Shown piece by piece: positions 59,439 through 64,000 of a stretch of DNA of 64,000 nt; position 1 is the first letter of the stretch, and the number at the start of each line of letters is the position of its first letter. Source of the stretch: an uncultured Actinomycetes bacterium (GTDB lineage Bacteria > Actinomycetota > Actinomycetes > Streptosporangiales > Streptosporangiaceae); assembly GCA_963704995.1 (NCBI GenBank), contig CAVPIM010000018.1, forward strand, positions 238,484 to 302,483. The letters are read 5' to 3'. The notes below the pieces were generated by a model. It worked only from the letters and a program-made list of their open reading frames with translations, searched no databases and had not been told where the DNA came from. The position numbers were made by a program, and so were the translations under genes.

Positions 59439-59826
59439 GAACGCAGTATTGCAGTGCCTACGGCATTACGGAAGCGGGTCCGCGGCATGTGATCCGCAAG
59501 CGGCGGGGCCGGGCCGGGAAACGGGAGGTTTCCACAAGACTACGGATATTATCCCGCAGTTCGTGTGCTGGCCGCGATGGATTTACCCACAGGCTGTGGA
59601 CCGCGCACGGCCGGCTTTAACCTCTGCAGCGGCGCGGCGCCCCGCCATCGCTGCAGCGTACGGGCCAGGACGCAGCGTTCGCTGGGTCGGCAGGCAGACC
59701 GGGCGGTCCCCTTGATGGGCCTGCGGCGCCGGCCCGGCGGCCGCCGCCGCGGCGCCGTTCAGCGGCCCCGGCCCGCCAGTTCGCGGCAGGCCGGAAACCG
59801 TCCGCACGCCCGGGCATAATGACCCC

Positions 59827-60207
59827 ATGTCTGACTCGATCAAGCTCGGCTCGGTCGCGCTCGACTGCCCCGACGCGGGCCAGCTCGCCTCGTTCTACGC
59901 CGAGATCACGGGCGGGAAGGTCACCCACCTCGACGCGGAGTGGGCCACGGTCCAGGGCCCGGGGGGCCGCATCGACTTCCAGACGGCGCCGGGCTACGTC
60001 CCGCCGCGCTGGCCCGACCCGGCCTCGTCCATGCAGGCGCACCTGGACTTCGACGTCGAGGACGCGGATGCGGCTGAGGTGCGGGTCCTGGCGGCCGGCG
60101 CCACGAAATTCAGCGTCCAGCCGGGCGAGCACTTCCGCGTGTACGCCGACCCGGCCGGCCACCCCTTCTGCCTGTGCACCACGGACGTCGTCCCGGGCCC
60201 GGCCTGA
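59827..60207 (+). CDS. VOC (glyoxalase/bleomycin-resistance fold) family protein
   Basis: 126 aa reading ..LGSVALDCPDAGQLASFYAEITGG....HLDFDVEDADAAE.RVLAAGA......FRVYADPAGHPFCL. Confidence 0.75.
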   Translation: MSDSIKLGSVALDCPDAGQLASFYAEITGGKVTHLDAEWATVQGPGGRIDFQTAPGYVPPRWPDPASSMQAHLDFDVEDADAAEVRVLAAGATKFSVQPGEHFRVYADPAGHPFCLCTTDVVPGPA

Positions 60208-60438
60208 CCCGGGCCCCATCCGGGGAGCCGCGGCAGCCCAGGCGGTGAACCGGGGTTCCCGGCCCAGCTCAGGCTGATGGTGGAACGGATGAATGGCCTG
60301 AGGCCGCCCGGTGGTGGCCCGCCGGGCTGGTCGGCGCGGTCTGCACCTCAGCTGGCGCCGCTTGGCCATCCCGGTCACGGAGGCAGGGGGTGGGAGTGCG
60401 TTCCGCGGCCGCGGACACCCGACTATCCATAACGGTCT

Positions 60439-60978
60439 TCATGGGGCAGCGGGACCGGCTGGCCTGGGCTGGCGTGGCTGGTACACGCCGACCAGCACCC
60501 CGTACCGGGCCGCGCCATCGCCCGCGTCTTCCAGGCCGCCCACGAGGTCGTTCAGCGTGCTGGCCAGCCGCCGGGCCTGATCGGCGGTGAGCCGGATGTT
60601 CCGCAGCACCAGGAGCGGTTCCGCCGCGGCGGTGGCCATCTCGTCGGCCACGGCCTGGAGCATGACGCCGGCCTGCGCGGTCCTCTCGCCGCCGGGGAGC
60701 TCGAGCCGGCGGGCGGTGCGCTGGTAGTACTGCTCGGTCCCGCCGCGTACCTGCCGGGTGTGCGTGACCGCCACCAGGCCGGCCTCGCGCAGCACCTTGA
60801 GGTGGTGCGCGATGTTCCCCTTGTGGCTGCCCAGGGCCGTGGCCAGCTGGCTGATGGTCGCCGGGTGCTGGCCCAGCGCGAACAGCAGCCGGTGCCGTAG
60901 CGGATGCCCGAGGGCCCGGTACTGGTCGGGGGAGGTGATGGTCAGCCGCTCGTCGGGTGGCTCGCCGGATACGCTCAC
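60439..60978 (-). CDS. ArsR-family winged-helix transcriptional regulator
   Basis: ..YRALGHPLRHRLLFALGQHPATISQLATALGSHKGNIAHHLKVLREAGLV.. It is divergent from the S41 peptidase gene, separated by a 99-nt AT-richer spacer. Confidence 0.8.
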   Translation of the reverse strand: MSVSGEPPDERLTITSPDQYRALGHPLRHRLLFALGQHPATISQLATALGSHKGNIAHHLKVLREAGLVAVTHTRQVRGGTEQYYQRTARRLELPGGERTAQAGVMLQAVADEMATAAAEPLLVLRNIRLTADQARRLASTLNDLVGGLEDAGDGAARYGVLVGVYQPRQPRPAGPAAP

Positions 60979-61077
60979 GAAGTTAAGTGTCTAATACTCT
61001 TGACGCTTTTTCAATGGGCGTGCTGTACTGCCTGCAGCCCGGCCACCCTGACCCGGCCGGGCCCAGTGGAGGATTCG

Positions 61078-62101
61078 ATGCAGCAGGCAGACATCACCTC
61101 GATCACCCGTGAGCTGGCCGGGCTGGTCGCGGAGCGCTACGTGTTTCCCGGCCTCGCGGCCGAGATCAGCCGGCTCCTGGGCAGCCGGGACGCGGCGAGC
61201 CGGCTACGCGGCAGCCCCGGATGAGGCATCACTGGCCACGGCGCTCACCCAGGACCTCCAGTCGGTCAACGGCGACAAGCACCTGCGGCTGCAGTACAGC
61301 GCGGCCGAGCTGCCCGAACGCGGCGATGAGGCGGCCGAGGTGGCCGCCATCTCCGGCTACGCGGACCGCACAGCGCGGGGAATCGCCCGGGTCGAGCGGC
61401 TCGATGGCAACGTCGGCTACCTCGACCTCAGCCCGCTGCTGTTCCCCGCAGTCCTGGCCGGCGAAGCCGTGGCCGCCGCGATGACGCTCATCGCCCCGGC
61501 CGACGCCCTCCTCATCGACCTGCGCCGCTGCCTGGGCGGCACGCCGGACATGGTCGCCATGCTGTGCAGCTACCTGTTCGGCGACGAGCCGGTGCATCTC
61601 AACGACCTGATAGACCGGCCGGCTCCGGACGGCACGGCCGGGGTCAGGCAGTTCTGGACGCTGCCCTTCACGCCCGGCCCCCGGTTCGGGCCGGATAAGC
61701 CGGTCTTCGTGCTGACCAGCGGCACCACGTTCTCGGGTGGGGAGGAACTGGCCTACGACCTGCAGCAGCTGGGCCGGGCCACCGTGGTCGGCGAGCGCAC
61801 CCGCGGGGGCGCCCACCCGGTCGAGCGCTTCCGGATCCGCCCGCACCTGCAAGCCAGCATCCCGGTCGGCCGCGCGCTCAGCCCGGTCTCCGGCGGGAAC
61901 TGGGAAGGCAGCGGCGTTGTGCCGGACGTCGCCGTGCCGGCCAGCGAGGCCCTGGGCGCCGCCTACCAGCGGGCCCTGGATCACGTGCTCTCGCTGGGCG
62001 ACGAGGGCCCCCGGGGCGAGACAGCCGCCGAAGCGCGGCAGGCCCTGGCGGCTGGCGGCCCGGGCTTGCGTGCCCGCGAGCAGGGGAATCCGGGCCGGTA
62101 A
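61078..62101 (+). pseudogene. S41-family peptidase (C-terminal processing / IRBP-like), frameshifted near 61197
   Basis: The N-part, MQQADITSITRELAGLVAERYVFPGLAAEISRLL.., is the end of track ORF 60904-61224. The body, ..GYAAAPDEASLATALTQDLQSVNGDKHLRLQY...GYLDL...LIDLRRCLGG...LTSGTTFSGGEELAY, is track ORF 61109-62101. Length is 1024, which is 1 mod 3. Confidence 0.7.
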
Positions 62102-62135
62102 GCCGCACCCGGCTGGCACGCCGCGCCCGGGCCGG

Positions 62136-62246
62136 TCACATGTTGCGCATGCGGACGAAGCGGCGGATGTCATCCTGGCCCGCGAGCAGCGCGGCGCAGA
62201 CGGCCACGGTCGCGCCGGCCGAGGCCAGCAGCAGGAACTTCTTCAT
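62136..62246 (-). CDS. 36-aa small membrane protein (not in the ORF track)
   Basis: MKKFLLLASAGATVAVCAALLAGQDDIRRFVRMRNM* with a GAGGAGG Shine-Dalgarno 7 nt upstream of ATG 62246. It has one TM helix plus a basic tail and lies 70 nt downstream of 62317-62670 on the same strand. Confidence 0.5.
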   Translation of the reverse strand: MKKFLLLASAGATVAVCAALLAGQDDIRRFVRMRNM

Positions 62247-62316
62247 CGTCGTGCCTCCTCATGGGGCTCCCGGCGGGGTATCCGCCGGTGTTTTACGGTG
62301 CCGCCGGCCCAGGTCA

Positions 62317-62670
62317 TCACGCGGGCTGGGCGGCGGTGACCCCGTGCCTGATGTAGGCGGTGAGCCGCTGGCCCAGCATGATCGGCACGCTGTACCCGCC
62401 GTGGGAGACCGCCAGCCCGTGCCAGTCCGCCGTGGGGGTGACCGTCCAGCCGTGCAGGTCAACTTCGCGGGTCGCGCCCTGCATGACCCGGTCCGCCCGC
62501 TCGCCGGCGGAGTGATACCAGGAACTGTCGTCGTTGAGGGCCAGGGCCAGGGCGAACTCGAGGTCCGCTCCGTCGCGCAGCCGGGCCAGGTTGCGCTCGA
62601 TGCCGATCAGGACCGGGGCGAGGGCCAGGTCAGCGGGAGAGTGGGGGTGGGGTGCGGACATCGGGACCAC
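62317..62670 (-). CDS. hypothetical protein
   Basis: 117-aa ORF with balanced, coding-like composition (..LEFALALALNDDSSWYHSAGERADRVMQGATREVDLHGW..). No motif recognised. Confidence 0.4.
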   Translation of the reverse strand: MVPMSAPHPHSPADLALAPVLIGIERNLARLRDGADLEFALALALNDDSSWYHSAGERADRVMQGATREVDLHGWTVTPTADWHGLAVSHGGYSVPIMLGQRLTAYIRHGVTAAQPA

Positions 62671-62846
62671 CGTGCTTCCGGACGGGGAAACTGCGCCACT
62701 TCGATAGTCTCTGGGGTCCGCCTGGCGTGCGAGGGACCATGGTCGGGTCCTGGCCCGGCCAACGTCCCGAGTCGGCCGGCCACTGGCCAGCCGGCGTCCC
62801 GGGCGGGCCAGCCCGGACCGGGCAGTCCTTCCTACTGGAAAGCTTG

Positions 62847-62868
62847 GTTCATCTTCCGTTCATTTATG
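62847..62868 (+). promoter_or_regulatory. PHO-box-like pair of 11-nt direct repeat units upstream of the phosphate transporter
   Basis: GTTCATCTTCC GTTCATTTATG are directly adjacent. They match, at 9/11 and 10/11, the Streptomyces PhoP direct-repeat-unit consensus G(G/T)TCAYYYR(G/C)G as I recall it. They lie about 90 nt upstream of GTG 62956. Confidence 0.45.
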
Positions 62869-62955
62869 TGTCGGTTCTTCGTTGCTTGGATGACGTACTT
62901 TCGTCACGACGAGAGGCTGTGAGCGGGCCATCCTGCGCGCACGAAGGGGTCCTCG

Positions 62956-64000
62956 GTGGCGGAAACCCAATCTCAGGGCTTGACGAATGCCCTGGATGAG
63001 GCGTCGATCAGCCGATTTCATCTCCGGGCGGTCCTGGTCTCCGGCATGGGATTCTTCACCGACGCCTACGACCTGTTCGTCATCGGGATCGCCGCCACGC
63101 TGATCAAGCAGCAGTGGCATCTCGGCTCTGGCCGGCTGGCCCTGCTCAACAGCACCATGCTGCTCGCGGCCTTCCTGGGCGCGTTCGTGTTCGGCCGGGT
63201 GGCCGACATCCTCGGCCGCAAGCGGGTGTACTGGCTGGTCGCGGCGATCATGGTGGTCGGGGCGCTGGGCTCGGCACTGTCCCCGTCGTTCTGGGTGCTG
63301 GTCGTCTTCCGCTTCGTGCTCGGCTTCGGCGTGGGTGGTGACTACCCGGTCAGCGCGGTGCTGATGAGCGAGTACGCCAACCGCCGGGACCGCGGCAAGC
63401 TGGTCGGGATGGTGTTCTCCACCCAGGCGCTCGGCCTCATCGTGGGGCCCCTGATCGCCCTGGCGCTGCTCGGCGGAGGCGTCAGCGACAGCCTGGCGTG
63501 GCGGATCATGCTGGGGCTCGGGGCGATCCCGGCCGCCGCCGTGGTCTACCTGCGCCGCACGATGCCTGAGTCACCCCGCTACCAGGCCCAGGTCCAGGGC
63601 CGCCACACAGAGGCCATCGTCGGCCTCTCCCAGTTCAGCCAGGGCCAGGTGATCGCGAACCCGCTGCCCGCCATCACGCACCGGATGGGCCTGCGGTCGT
63701 TCCTGACCAACCGCCGGTGGCTGGTGACGCTGGCCGGCACGGCCGGCTGCTGGTTCCTGCTGGACTACGCCTACTACGGCAACACGATCTCCACACCGCA
63801 GATCATCGGGCTGATCTCGCCGAACTCCTCGACCATGACCACGATCGCCATCCAGCTGGCCATCTTCGTGGTGGCCGCAGTGCCGGGCTACCTGCTCGGC
63901 ATCGCCCGGATGGACCGGATCGGCCACCGGCGGCTCCAGCTGATCGGCTTCGCCGTGATGGCGCTGTGCTTCGCCGTCATCGGCCTGGTGCCGGGGCTGA
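62956..64000 (+). CDS. MFS inorganic phosphate:H+ symporter (PHS / Pho84-PHT1-like family), 5' part; continues past the window
   Basis: The frame from GTG 62956 is open to the window end (348 codons), so it is absent from the track. Motifs are ..GMGFFTDAYDLFVIGIA.., GRKRVY, FRFVLGFGVGGDYPVSAVLMSEYANRRDRG and PESPRY, which are diagnostic of PHS-family Pi transporters. Confidence 0.85.
   Translation, partial: MAETQSQGLTNALDEASISRFHLRAVLVSGMGFFTDAYDLFVIGIAATLIKQQWHLGSGRLALLNSTMLLAAFLGAFVFGRVADILGRKRVYWLVAAIMVVGALGSALSPSFWVLVVFRFVLGFGVGGDYPVSAVLMSEYANRRDRGKLVGMVFSTQALGLIVGPLIALALLGGGVSDSLAWRIMLGLGAIPAAAVVYLRRTMPESPRYQAQVQGRHTEAIVGLSQFSQGQVIANPLPAITHRMGLRSFLTNRRWLVTLAGTAGCWFLLDYAYYGNTISTPQIIGLISPNSSTMTTIAIQLAIFVVAAVPGYLLGIARMDRIGHRRLQLIGFAVMALCFAVIGLVPGL

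Noticed and set aside
60979-61077. A sigma70-like promoter (TTGACG at 61000-61005) between the ArsR and S41 genes
   Set aside because: No acceptable -10 hexamer (TAnnnT) lies at 16-19 nt spacing, so I could not support a specific promoter call.
56000-64000. The right-hand 8 kb as a mobile element, prophage or integrative element
   Set aside because: No integrase, transposase, relaxase, tRNA target or flanking direct repeats are visible in the window. The ParA/RHH pair alone is insufficient evidence.

Overview
This is a very GC-rich, actinomycete-type chromosomal segment with five blocks. (1) About 0.4-25.9 kb is a Wzx/Wzy-type exopolysaccharide locus. It holds two WbaP-type initiating transferases, GT26, GT2, a Wzz/BY-kinase-like co-polymerase with a degenerate P-loop, a Wzy-like polymerase, a Wzx flippase, and two translationally coupled sulfotransferases. 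It also holds an APH-like kinase, an NTase-like/thymidylate-kinase-like fusion, three GH26-like hydrolases, two LamG-fold secreted proteins and a PAP2 phosphatase. A 29-copy proline-rich coding repeat sits directly upstream of wzx. (2) 26-33.7 kb holds cysQ-cysD-cysN, an S9 peptidase, menG and a geranylgeranyl reductase. (3) 33.8-50 kb is the complete nuoA-N operon. (4) 50-56.2 kb holds a polyprenyl diphosphate synthase and a five-gene HAAT (Liv-type) ABC transporter. (5) 56-64 kb holds small accessory genes: an SDR, a PLDc_N membrane protein, a ParA-like plus RHH pair, VOC, ArsR and an S41 peptidase. It also holds a 36-aa ORF missing from the track and a PHS-family phosphate transporter preceded by a PHO-box-like direct repeat and running off the window end. 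The most striking sequence-level observation is about 25 reading-frame lesions between 36.2 and 61.2 kb. They are single-nt insertions and deletions plus one TGG->TAG, and they hit nuoD/H/J/L/N, four of the five liv genes outright (plus two hidden compensating shifts in the SBP gene), PLDc_N and S41. By contrast, 2.9-36.2 kb is clean outside the repeat array. I recognised no rRNA, tRNA, CRISPR array, transposase or integrase. The best candidate for a novel system is the sulfotransferase-bearing EPS locus next to the sulfate-activation genes, together with its unexplained kinase pair and repeat-extended flippase.
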